A DNA stretch of 62,531 nt, filler included, from Choristocarpus tenellus KU-1152 (lineage: Eukaryota; Protista; Phaeophyceae), in assembly GCA_964200185.2 (NCBI GenBank). It is 9 parts of 9 records of this genome, joined end to end, with 100 filler letters (N's around TTAATTAATTAA, not from the genome) between each part and the next. Parts side by side here need not be neighbours in the genome. Positions count along the whole stretch, not along the records: positions 28,867 to 38,483 come from CAXNAD020003535.1; positions 38,584 to 51,813 come from CAXNAD020001550.1; 7 more parts are not named here. The stretch is one strand, 5' to 3'. Both the position numbers and the translations under genes were made by a program. This document shows positions 29,334 to 40,802 of the stretch, piece after piece; within the stretch, counting starts at the first letter, position 1, and every line of letters begins with the position of its first letter. Under the pieces are notes generated by a model, which was not told where the DNA came from, made no database searches, and saw only the letters and a program-made list of their open reading frames with translations.

Positions 29334-29782
29334 CTAATCGAACACCTCACTCCTCTTCACGTACAGGCAGGCATTGAAGTCACTGACACTCCACCCCTCA
29401 TCAAATCTTGACTCCTTGAGCTCCCTGCACCACTCCATTGCTGATTGCTTAAGGCCATAGATGGCCCTGGGAGCTTTCACGACGGACCTGTTGGGCAGTT
29501 GTAGCCATACATCCTTAGGTAGTGGTGCGTTTAGGTAGGCTTGAGTGAAGTCCTGAGGGTTGATGGCCCATGTTCTGTTGGCTGCTGTAGCCAGGACTGC
29601 CCGAATCACGTCAAATCCCACCACTGGACTGAATGTACTGAAATAGTCGACCCCATCTTGTTGGGAAAACCACTTGCCACCAGCTTGGCCTTAAATCTTT
29701 CAATGTTACCATCGGCCGTCCTTGTGTTATCTTGAAGGTAAATCTTGTCTTGTCAGGTCTTCTCTCCGGTGGCAGACTCTCT
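29334..29782 (-). mobile_element. Ty1/copia reverse transcriptase fragment
   Basis: DGNIERFKAKLVA..., SPVVGFDVIRAVLA, DFTQAYLNAPL, AIYGLKQSAMEW and ACLYVK motifs, with frameshifts. Confidence 0.9.
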
Positions 29783-29860
29783 GAGTCAAAGTATCTAAGA
29801 GGGTACGGCCGCGTCCAAATGGGGTCCAGAATCCGATGTAGCGATTTTGATGTAATTTAA
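29783..29860 (+). mobile_element. Partial MITE subfamily A adjoining the copia fragment
   Basis: gagtcaaagtatctaagagggtacggccgcgtccaaatgggg matches the left end of 54617-54875. Confidence 0.7.
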
Positions 29861-32379
29861 GGGAATTGTGTATTTGGATTTGGGAGGAGTGAATTCCCTT
29901 GCTCCAGATTCAACTTCCAGAGCCGTTCCTTCTCGATTTTGTCCCCCTATCAGCCATTAGGAACGGCAGGTGTGACTACTTTTGCATTAAAACGTAATTA
30001 TGATAACCTATCTAGGTGATCAATTTGCATTTTTTCTCGAACCTGTGGCAATTTGGTTGCTTAATGAGGGCCGGGTAAACTTGGGGTGTGAACGATGATG
30101 TCTAGAGCACAGTCACAGGCGAGGTTGATAATTAGTCCGAAGAAAGTATCAAGCAAATCGGTAGCAGGGTCCTTTGTGGTGGTAGAAAAAAGGAGTGAGG
30201 CAAATCACTCAAGAGCATCATGTCTTGAAAATTTCGAAAGTGTCGCATTTGCGGTGACAGTTGGGTCGTAATCAATGCATTTTGTGTGTTTTCGATGTAC
30301 CCAACTGATAATTTGTATGAGATGAGAGGACAAAATCAAAGAGGAGATTCTCTGAAAGATTGAATTGATTTCTTCATTGTGCTCCAATCAGGTGCAGTGA
30401 CTGAAAGAAAGAGTTGTAAATTGTCGTGAAACGTGTTTGAAGAAATAACATCCTGGTTGCAATTCGATTGTGTTTTAGGTGCTCAGGGTGAGAAACTTGG
30501 ACTTACGTGACGCATGTTATAAAACGAGGCAGAAACACAGGATGAATGATACGCAAGGAATGAGGGGACTGATCCGACATTGAGACGGTGTCCTTTGTCC
30601 CAGTCTTATGCGATAGAGTGCACGTGAAGAACAAATGTTGAAGAATGTTGGTAGTATTGTTTGAATATTGAGGATAACCAAAAACATTTCTCCACATGAG
30701 TGTTGTCGCCGCTTGAGTCAGTTTGTGTGGGTTGGACCAATTTACGTCAAGCATGGTATTAAGTGAGGAACACATACAGGAAGAGTGACGTGCGAAGTAG
30801 GAGAATCGAAACAAAATTAAACTGGAGTCGTTTGCCCTGGTCTTTTTGGATGTAGTAGAAAACGCAAAAAAACACACATGCTGAGTGGGATATGTCAGCG
30901 ATTGAAACATTGCAGTACTTACGCATACTTGGAGCCCGAAAGAAATTGTGTTTGAATCCTTTCGCTTTTGAACACTTTTAACAATTTAGCGCTTACAATC
31001 ACAGTTTTACACAAGATGAGATACTCCCGCCCTCATACAAACTACGAGCATGGAGATTTACGCATGTAGGAAACATCGTAACATGTTTCCTATCTCAGAC
31101 TTTCGAAAACATTCAAGGCCTTAAAATTTGTCAAATTTGAAATCAAAGAGGCGACAGCAGTTCCTGCAAATTTTAAGGCATTGAATGTTTTCAAGAACCG
31201 TACACATTTGAGCGATTACCCTCTCTGAGGGAGAGAGACTGGATTATTACAATAACACATGTAAATCCAGGCGTCCGAAGAGAGCAACATTCTCTACTCA
31301 ATACCACCAACTCATACAAGGTCCACCTTGGCAGTCACCAAACACATGATAAGCATGGAATAGATGTTCAGTCTGAAGGTTGCACTAATCTGTTGTGAAG
31401 ACAATTGACGACAAGACATCGAGGTGTCCCACAACTCTACAACACCACCATATATATATATGATAAAGACATCTAACTAGTCAAGGACACTAACAAAATC
31501 AGGTCTGAAATGAAAATGTTGCTGGCAGACCAAGAAACAATATGGTTCACACTAATTCACCTAGTATCCATCAAATGTTGCACAACGGTTTCACGCGATG
31601 CTCAAATCTAGATCTCTTACTTTGAACGTTCCTCCCCATCGTCTCCTCGAAACTTTAGAAACAGTGTCCGTCTTCCCTCTTCCACCAACCCAAGAGCTGT
31701 GAGCATGTGCCGCAGGTTATGAGGCAACGAATATTGGTCACCGCACTCTTCCGCCTCCACACTGCCTTCCTCTAAACGAGAATCATAATATCCTCTATCT
31801 GCAATGTTTGCCTTGTTATCTCGCCCCAATCATGGCACCTCTTAAGGATGGTTTCGTGGACATAGCAATAGTCGCCCACAACAATGGGTTTGGCCTTCAT
31901 CCCTGTCCTCACCCTCACAAAATATGGTCACAAAGTCCACCTTGGGAATTCCACCTGTTCCCGCCATGAGGAGCGTCACCTCGCCATAAATTTGTAGATC
32001 CAGGACATATGAATATATGCAAAAGAACTGTCACAAATTCGGCAACGAGGGAATAGGTAAAAGGTTAGGCGTCAACATATGGGGGTAAGTAAGGGTTGTT
32101 ATTTCTTGGAACATTTGATGTTAATAAATTTGACCAACTGATTTAGTCTTTGACGATAGAACTACTGCGAAGTATTGCGAGCAGGTAAATTGTGTAGGAC
32201 TATGGAATGACTACGTCGAAGAGCGATGTTCACACCTCGTAATAGATATGGAATTGAAAATCGTTACAAACGAGTCTCAACCTTGGATGTTGCATCCCCT
32301 ACATGACCGACCCAATCTCCGGTTAATTTTCTGATTCTATGAGCTTAAGGGAGAAGTAATCGAAATCATATAAAATCGC

Positions 32380-33170
32380 AACGTTCGTTTTCTTTCTCGA
32401 AACGGATACAATCCTATCTCCTTTGAGTTCTTTTATTGGGATACTGAGGATGAAAGTTAATCGGGATCATATCAAATTCGCACTCTTGGTTTTATTACCC
32501 ACAACAGATGTGACCCTATCTCAGATAAATTTTCTGGATAAATCTTGGATTTGGAACGCACAACAGATACGACCCTATCTTCCTTGAAAAAGGTTGTTGC
32601 GGTAGTGAGGATGAAAGTAAAATCAAGATGATATAAATTTCGCAAACTGGGCTGTGGTATCCGAAACAGGTGCGACCCTATGTCCTATAAATAATCTGAT
32701 TTGACATTCTATTTTGTATCCTCAACATATGACCCTGACCCACTTAAAGTTTTTTGGCCAATGTTGAGGATTAGAGTAAATCCAGATTATCTAAAATTCC
32801 CAAAATGGGTTGTGGTATCTGAAAGAGGTGCGGCCCTAACTCCTATCCATCTTCTGATTCAACCTTGGGTTTGGTACCCACGGCATACACGACCCTATCC
32901 CTCCCTTTAAAGAACTTCCTGCGATACCGAGGACGAAAGTATATGATGAACTTCAGAAATACTCAAACTGGGTTTCTTTAAACAAAAAATGCAACCCTAC
33001 CTCCTTAATGCTTTCGATGCCGATAGTGATGTCGGAAGTACTTGAAAGGGATCAATTTATGGAAGGAGAATCAACGTTATATATACAATTCGCAAACCGT
33101 GTTTTGGCACCCTCAACAGATGCTACCCTGTTCCCTTCAAATTTTTCTGAATCCGAGAGTGACATTGTTT
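32380..33170. repeat. Highly degenerate tandem repeat, ~160-bp period
   Basis: Recurring gaggatgaaagt...aattcgcaaactggg..tggtatc...gaccctat motifs near 32445, 32607, 32766 and 32929. Confidence 0.6.
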
Positions 33171-34325
33171 CGTAATCAGAAGCGATCAATTTGTTCATAG
33201 ACGCAATATCGAAGGGAAGGGGATGCTTACCCAGTCCTTGAAAGAGCCCTCCTTCCCACTGGCTGGAACGTACAAGAGTGAGAGTGTATCCGCTGGCAGT
33301 ATCCTTGCAGCCTCCTTCGAGAACACGCCTGCAGCCATTCGGACTTTGTGCGACCAGCCGTGATCTTCAGGCAACTCATCTACAGCACTCGCAGCCCCTC
33401 TCCCGACAGAACATCCTGGCACATCTAACAAACTATTCCTCCTTGAGAGTCGATAACATCTGTCAAGGGATGGACAGGGTAAATAGGTTTGTGTTGGGAA
33501 GGCGAGATCGAAATGTTCTACAAATATATTGTCAATGTCCTGATCTACATATTTCTGGGATATAAAAAATACTACGAGCTCGATAGTGACAAAACCTTCT
33601 GCTATCATCCGGTGGAATGATGCACCACAGTGAGACAGAATGCGAGCAAGTAAAAGTGAAATGCGCTTACCTTTGTTTTCAATTGATTGGTGAAGCCCGT
33701 CTTTTCTTTTAGCAAATCGAAAGCCGCATCCGGAAAGCATGCCCAAAGAAGGGTGAAGTGGTGGACAGATCTAAACTTCAAAGAGGATTGTGGGGAGATT
33801 ATGAGATCGACAACAAGTGAAGGCGGACCCAAGCTAATACTCAGTTTAACGGACCCTTCCTTTTTCCACAGATGCAATACACGCGCCAAGCATGTAATCC
33901 AGAGGGGCAGTTCTCTAGAGCACCACCCTTCGTGATAGACCTCTTAAGGTCGTCGATGTCCTTCCTTCCATTTCAAGCACAGGGAGAATTGGTTGCTGCA
34001 CAGAAAGCTGGACAGCGTACAGTCGCATTCCCGGGATCATCCAAGAAATTTTGGAGGATGTTGCCCACCACCTTCAAATAGAGGAGGTTAACGTTGTACT
34101 AATTCACAAGTGGTCCTGAGTTGACGAGTCGCAGCAGGTGTTCGCCAGTGATGTTGGACACCGCGATGTACACAGTCCTCGGTTGCTTCTCCATTCTTGC
34201 CGCATATCCGCTGGGTAATCAAAGCAGGAGGAACAGACATTGGGTATGAGGGCGAGTGCTTCAAAATGAGTGGAGCGTGTATTTGTTGTCTTAACTAAAA
34301 TTCTTATGGCGAAATGTATTTGTTG

Positions 34326-35147
34326 GTTGAACATCAAAATTTTGACAAACGTCTTCAACTCCGTGAAGTCACAGAGTTGGAGGAAATTAGTCCAACATTC
34401 ATAAATTGACAAGTTGCTTCAACTCTGTAAAGTTACAGAGTTGGAGAAATTTAGTCAAACATTCCAAAATAGACAAATTCCTTCAACTCAGTAAAGTTTC
34501 GGAGTTGAACAAAATTAGTCCAACATCCAAAAATGGACAAATTACTTCAACTCCAAAAAAATACAGAGTTGGAGATAAATAGTCCTACATTCCAAAATAG
34601 ACAAATTACTTCAACTCCGTAAAGTTAAAGAGTTGGAGGAAATTAGTCCAACATTCTAAAATTGACAAAATGCTTCAACTCCAAAAAATTACAGAGTTGG
34701 AGGAAATTAGTCCAACATTCCAAAATGGACAAATTGCTTCAACTCCGTAAAGTTACAGAGTTGGAAGAGGAAGAAATGAGTCATACATTCCAAAATTGAC
34801 AAATAGCTTCGAGTCGGTAAAGTCACAGAGTTGGAAGAAAATGGTCCTACATTCCAAAATTGACCAATCGCTTTAACTCCGTAAAGTCACGGAGTTGGAA
34901 GAAAAAAAGTCCAACATTCCAAAATTGACAAATTGCTTCAACTCCGGAAAGTCACGGAGTTGGAAGAAAATAGTCCTACATTCCAAAATGGATAAATTTG
35001 TTCAACTCCGTAAATCAGCCCAACATTCCAAAATTGACAAATTGCTTAAACTCCGTAAAGTCACGGAGTTGGAGGAATTTCGTCCAACATTTAAAAATGG
35101 ACAAATCGCTTCAACTCCGTAAAGTCACGGAGTTGAAAGAAATTAGT
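34326..35147 (+). repeat. Tandem array of a ~64-bp unit (~13 copies) containing a hairpin; left arm of a long inverted repeat
   Basis: Unit gtccaacattccaaaattgacaaattgcttcaactccgtaaagtcac(a/g)gagttggaggaaatta. Internal stem caactccgt-aaagtc-acggagttg. Confidence 0.92.
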
Positions 35148-35639
35148 CAGTAGGTCTGTTTGGAAAACGATCTGTATCGATAAGGACGGAGTCCAAAAAA
35201 TATATTATGTCATTTTAAGAACACAAATCGTATAGATGAGTCTCGATATAATAAGAAGTATTCCTTATTGTGATGAAGGATGAGTACGCGAATCGTATCG
35301 TCTGACCCGATATAAAGAAACCAATACAATGCGTGTAAATTTCCGGGAACAATCTGACAGAGGCAGGAATCAGGGGTGTGTGGATGGAGTGCGGAAATTT
35401 TTGAAAAAAGTATGTACTGTTTTCGATGTAGGGGGAATAGATTGCGTGTGGATTTACTACATAATTCACACGTTGTCGGGTGTTGAATGGGGTGTATGGG
35501 GAATGTGGACAGGGGACAAATAATAAGGGCATGGGTGTGCGGTGTGCTTGATTTTTGTGTCACCTGTTACAGGGAAAGAATGGGAAATCTGAGTCTAAAA
35601 TAATTGCCCGCTTAGGCGATATTAAAGGGGGATGATTCC

Positions 35640-36737
35640 ACTTATTGGTAGGCTACCCCTATATATATTGAGGCGATGCATTTGCGCAAAAAAGCTCACA
35701 CAGAACAATGCAATATCAACGGAGGGGATATAGAGATGTGTGGCTACGCACGGGAGTAGGTGCCAGGGGGCTAGTCGCACTATTTTGAGAAAAGGCTTCA
35801 AAATTTGTTCCTATGTAGAAGCTGCCACACCGCCATGCATCTTTATGTTAATGAAGCCGTGAGGCTGTGTACCGGGGTAAAAAGATTAGAATGTAACTCA
35901 CATATTTCAACCCCCAATTCTTTGGTGTAAAATGGAGGGTGGCGAGTTCAAAATAACACTAGAAAGGGAACTGGGATAGACGTATAGTTGGGACGGATAC
36001 GGTACAAAGTATGCGCGGCGGAGTGCGATGTAAGGAACGCAAGTGTTTTTCATTTTAGGGCACACTAGCGTGGATAAACGGACGCGAGTTATGGTAGGGG
36101 GAAAGAGCAAGGAGATTGCCTTCATCGCCACAATTACTCGCACAACAAGGGAGAACAACGAACGATTCACAGCGCACAATCCCATCACAATGATTTATCG
36201 TTTTGCAAGAGGAAAGTACCAAGCTGGGGGGCTGGACATACAACAATGATATCTATATTTACTGTGTCGTTTGGAATCGACCTAGAAGGGGGTGGTGTAA
36301 GACTAATACCGCAGAAACATTGCAACCCACCCCAGATAGATTTCGTAGCTGAAAGAGTGGAACGAGCTGAAATGTCAGGGGGGTGTGTTTGTGCGTCTTA
36401 CTTGAATTGGAAAGCCTTCGTTCAGAATTTAGTTTGCTTCGAAACGGAGAGGAACGTGATCAAGGCCGGGCAATGAAAAATGGACTGTTTCTATACATGT
36501 TCGAACACGTGGTGGATAGGTGAGAAAACCATGCCATGACCAAGAGGGTGCGTGACTAGTTGTGGGTATCGGCGCGACAGAGCTTCGGATCTCGTGCTGC
36601 TCACAGCCACCGAGGTGGATTGTGCTTGATTTTTTGGGGGGGGAAATACGGACATAAAGCTCCATTGACTTTTGTGACGTTGCATGAGGCCTTATTGGGC
36701 CGTGATTACGAAGGAAGGTGTTATGTTTGACAGACAT
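35640..36737 (-). pseudogene. Possible degraded Polinton-like-virus major capsid protein gene (speculative)
   Basis: Broken frames: N-terminal GPIRPHATSQKSMELYVRISPPKKSST...IP...GFL and C-terminal GSFYIGTNFEAFSQNS..GT..A.P.I.I...FFAQ..LNIYRG resemble remembered PLV MCP motifs. Not verified by search. Confidence 0.3.
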
Positions 36738-38124
36738 GATAGGAGTAAATTATCTCGGTTGTTTGTTTGTGGAGATAGAGAGTAAGGGGTAAAGAAAACG
36801 CGATACGACTAGATATCCAGAGTCCAGTTAGGCGCCAGTACAACAGGTGGTAGATCGATCAGAAAAAGCACAAAACAATGTCACAGAGAGGTATCACCTC
36901 TTGGTACCCTTCGCCGGCGCCATCCTCACAAGGTTCTAGCGATCCTTATTTCCTCCATCAAGAAACAGCGATCCAAGCCTCCTCCACCGGGGTTGAAGGA
37001 GATTATACCTTCGAGAGAGACGCAGGGACTCGACAATTCCGTACACTTCACCTAGCAGAGCCTTGGCTTCCTGTCCTTGACAGAGACGGGAGTAGCGATT
37101 TTCACCACAGATTGTTGTTTGATGGTCATGTATTTGATACCTCCGATTATATATGTGATACCCAAATATGAGTACAACCGACACAATATTCTTTTTTTAA
37201 GGTTCGAAGTGACACGAAACCTTGAACCGGAACTAATTTGTTGCACTCTTGGAGTTGCAGATAATGGAATATATGTGTGTCTAGCCAGTGGAATCAAAAC
37301 GTTTGGCATAGAAAACACATTCGTGTAACGGCAATGTGGTCTTTGTGTATACATTGTGCAAGTATGCAATATTCTTCCACGGTTCTTTGAGGCCCGTGTG
37401 TTGTTTCGAAACGCGCAGAGACAAAACAATCGGTGGGAAACTCACACGACGACCACCACGGTAGCATAACACCCGAGAGACGCAACCGCTTTCCGATACA
37501 TAAGGGTGTATGTATCTGTTTGACGAGTATGCGTAATATAATGCACATTATCATTGTGGAATCAGGGTGTAGTTTCATCACATTTTTTACAACGTTTTTC
37601 TGTATTTTGTGTTGTTTGCGCGGTGTATATATATCTCCCGCCACTAGCGCAATTGTTGCGTTATATACACAACATGGAAATACTCATATCAACGTGCGTT
37701 GCGTGTGTGTGTGCGTGTGTGCGTGGGTGCGCCTGCACAGGTTATTGACAGGGGGGACTACGGGGGGTGGATGTGCACCACGTTGTACACCAGCTAAAGA
37801 AAGTATTGTAGGGTGAAGTTCAGGCGTCCATTTGGGGCCTACGTGATACCTGTAGGAGTGATTTTCATGTTCTGGGTGAAGGTGTGTTCGATGTAACGAC
37901 AATTACCTTCATCTTAACACACCTCCCTTTCCCGATTATCGTTAATCGGGGTTGATGATAATTCGGGTCGGACGCACAATCGGCTCATGATTGACCTATG
38001 CGAGGATTGAAGTCTGTTCCGACTCACCGCCTCTCTAATGTTGCAGCTGTGTATTGAAAAACCCTCTACTTTCAGGGTTTCAATCCTCACTCAGTCATCC
38101 TGAAGACCGACTTTCTCACTCTAG

Positions 38125-38443
38125 TTCAAATGGACTCTCTGTAACTTTACAGAGTTGAATCAGTTGGTAAATTTTGGAATGTTGGATCATTTTCCTCCAA
38201 CTCCGTGACTTTGCGGAGTTGAAGCAATTTGTCAATTTTGGAATGTTGGACTTTTTTTCTTCCAACTCCGTGACTTTATGGAGTTAAAGCAATTGGTCAA
38301 TTTTGGAATGTAGGACCATTTTCTTCCAACTCTGTGACTTTACCGACTCGAAGCTATTTGTCAATTTTGGAATGTATGACTCATTTCTTCCTCTTCCAAC
38401 TCCGTAACTTTACGGAGTTGAAGGAATTTGTCCATTTTGGAAT
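38125..38443 (-). repeat. Inverted tandem array of the same 64-bp unit (~5 copies); right arm
   Basis: ccaactccgtgactttgcggagttgaagcaatttgtcaattttggaatgttggac repeats. Confidence 0.9.
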
Positions 38444-38483
38444 GAGCCAAAGTATCTTAGAGGGTAGAGCCGCGTCCATTTGG
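38444..38483 (+). mobile_element. Left end of MITE subfamily A, cut by the contig end
   Basis: gagccaaagtatcttagagggtagagccgcgtccatttgg. Confidence 0.75.
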
Positions 38484-40802
38484 NNNNNNNNNNNNNNNNN
38501 NNNNNNNNNNNNNNNNNNNNNNNNNNNTTAATTAATTAANNNNNNNNNNNNNNNNNNNNNNNNNNNNNNNNNNNNNNNNNNNNACCACTATCAAATGTTG
38601 TACTACTGTCCCTTATCTTCGCATCTACCTATTCCTGTGCCCCTGGGGGGGAAACCTAAGGAAGCATATATAATAAACAGACAAAAATAAAAAATATATT
38701 GAAAAATAATAACAGACACATCTGCAAAATGTCAGAGGGCATAATAAATACAATATAGTTTTAATTGTTTTCCCCCTGACACATCTCCAAAAATGTCAGA
38801 GGGTATAATAATAAATAATATTGAGAACCAAGCGGTATAGCGGTAAATTGTTGTTGTTATGTACGTTATGATAATAAAGATCCCCCGTTAAATAGTAGTA
38901 CTGAAGGAAGTTCCATGCCACTTCTTTTTCAATCGATATTTTTCCCAATATGTTCATGTGGTTGTCATTTCTTGTTTGGTGATCTCTTTATTGCAAATAA
39001 TGATCGAGGATGTTTCACAAGGAATATATTTCAAGATTTTCTTGGTTATTGAATTGTAAATTTGGAACCCCTTCTCACAACAAAATCTCAGAAACCTCCA
39101 TTTTGAGAACCGTAGCTATTAATTAGTTGAAGTTTGTACCTGAGGTTGTACCTCACAAACCTGTACACAGGTACTTCTTAATGCTTGTGCAAATTGCGAA
39201 GAAGTGCCAATTTCTCGTTTACATCTTGACCGAACCAAATATGTAAGAGGACAGCAAAGGACGCGTGCTGGACCACGTCACGTCACAGTGAGCTTGTTGA
39301 GTAATTGGTGCAAAACAGTGACTTGCTCGGTGCATTCAACTCCTCACGTGCTATACTTCCAATCAATTGGTAGTGGAACGGCGTTGATACCCTGGGAGCC
39401 TAGCAAGCCTCTCGTGTCACCTCTTTTCGCACCTCTCTCGGTAAGCGCATTCATCACCTTGTGCAACTACCTTTCACGATGACCTTTTATATGGCACCCA
39501 AGTCTAAGCCTAATCTGACAAGAAAACTGCGAGAAGCCTCACCATCACACTTTTCGTTGCGCGTGTGGGATTAAGTTTTGTGACAATTTCGCGAATCCAA
39601 ATCGTGGCGCTACACCTGTTTTCATTTGGACGATAAAATCTCTCTCCGGTAGCCAGCTTTGGCTTGCAGGATGTACAAATGATGTGCAGCGTATCTGTTC
39701 CAAAGCACCTGATGGCTGGTGGTTACTTCCTAACTCGAAGTATTAGCCCTAAAAGTTTTTTTTTTATCTACTGCATTACAAGTCTCACCTTGAGATATGT
39801 TTGCACTGGATCTAAACTCCAAGCATACTAGTATGCTCTTGAAAGGTCTATTGGTACTTATGAGAAGGTATGGGCAAGATTTGCTGGGGGTCACATGTTC
39901 TGCGCTTTAATCTCATGATGTGTCGAACTCTTTTCGATGAGGTTCAGTAACACCTACGACATGCTGCGAGTATTTATTCCAAGTAACTTCACACACAACC
40001 ACATACGGCACGCACACACACACTCACGCACGCATTCACGCAGGCATGCATGCACGCACCACACAACATCAAACCGAATACAACTTTGCTATACCCTCAC
40101 ATACAACAACAATTTGCAACTCGACATCTCATCGCCCCATGACTCAACCAGTAAGGAGATATGCCACAAGAAATGTTCTGCCTCTGCTGATATTTTCTGA
40201 TTGGCACGGTCAGCGTTATAATTCATGTAGTAGATGGATTAGTGTGAGACAAGCAATTAGACTCATATCCCCAATGCTCTATGTGCTTCATGGATATCGC
40301 TGCTTGTGTGATTCACATAGCAAGTACTTTGAAGTATTTATTTCTTAATCCAAGATTGGAGTGTTACACTACGTCGTACCTTCGAACTACCTGTCACTGG
40401 TGAGGCGGTTAATGGTGTGGCAAGGGGATGATTGTGGAAGTCAGTTATTTGCCTCAGGGGTTGCTAAAAAAGGACTCACCCTAGTCAAATATGCACTTTA
40501 TGATCCCATTGGTGTCAACTTGTTGAGATGGGGGAGGATGGGGGAGTAGCCGGAAGGCACACATTCATGAGGAGGCAAAATCCCACCAAGGTGTATGGTA
40601 TATAGAAGAGGGAAGGGGGTGTAAAAAAAAAAAACTGCCACCAGTAGAATGAAGTCCACCCATAGCCTCCCAAAGGTGCTCAATCTAGGAATGAATCTCA
40701 TGCAGTAACTCTTTCGATATTCACACTCCATGTATATGTGTATGTCAAATAGCTTAACGTGACATCTTCATGCATGTTGCTTCATGAACTACAGGTGGAG
40801 AG

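Larger units (their letters stand above)
34326..38443. mobile_element. Foldback-like element bounded by inverted tandem arrays, with ~3 kb of decayed interior
   Basis: 38196-38400 is the near-exact reverse complement of 34760-34962, including diagnostic unit variants. The right arm is interrupted by a MITE and the contig end. Confidence 0.7.

Noticed and set aside
34895-35122. LRR-like ORF in the array
   Set aside because: The unit length of 64 is not a multiple of 3; this is translated repeat DNA.
34326-35147. CRISPR-like array (regular period with palindromic repeat)
   Set aside because: The whole 64-bp unit repeats with no unique spacers; no cas genes; eukaryotic context.
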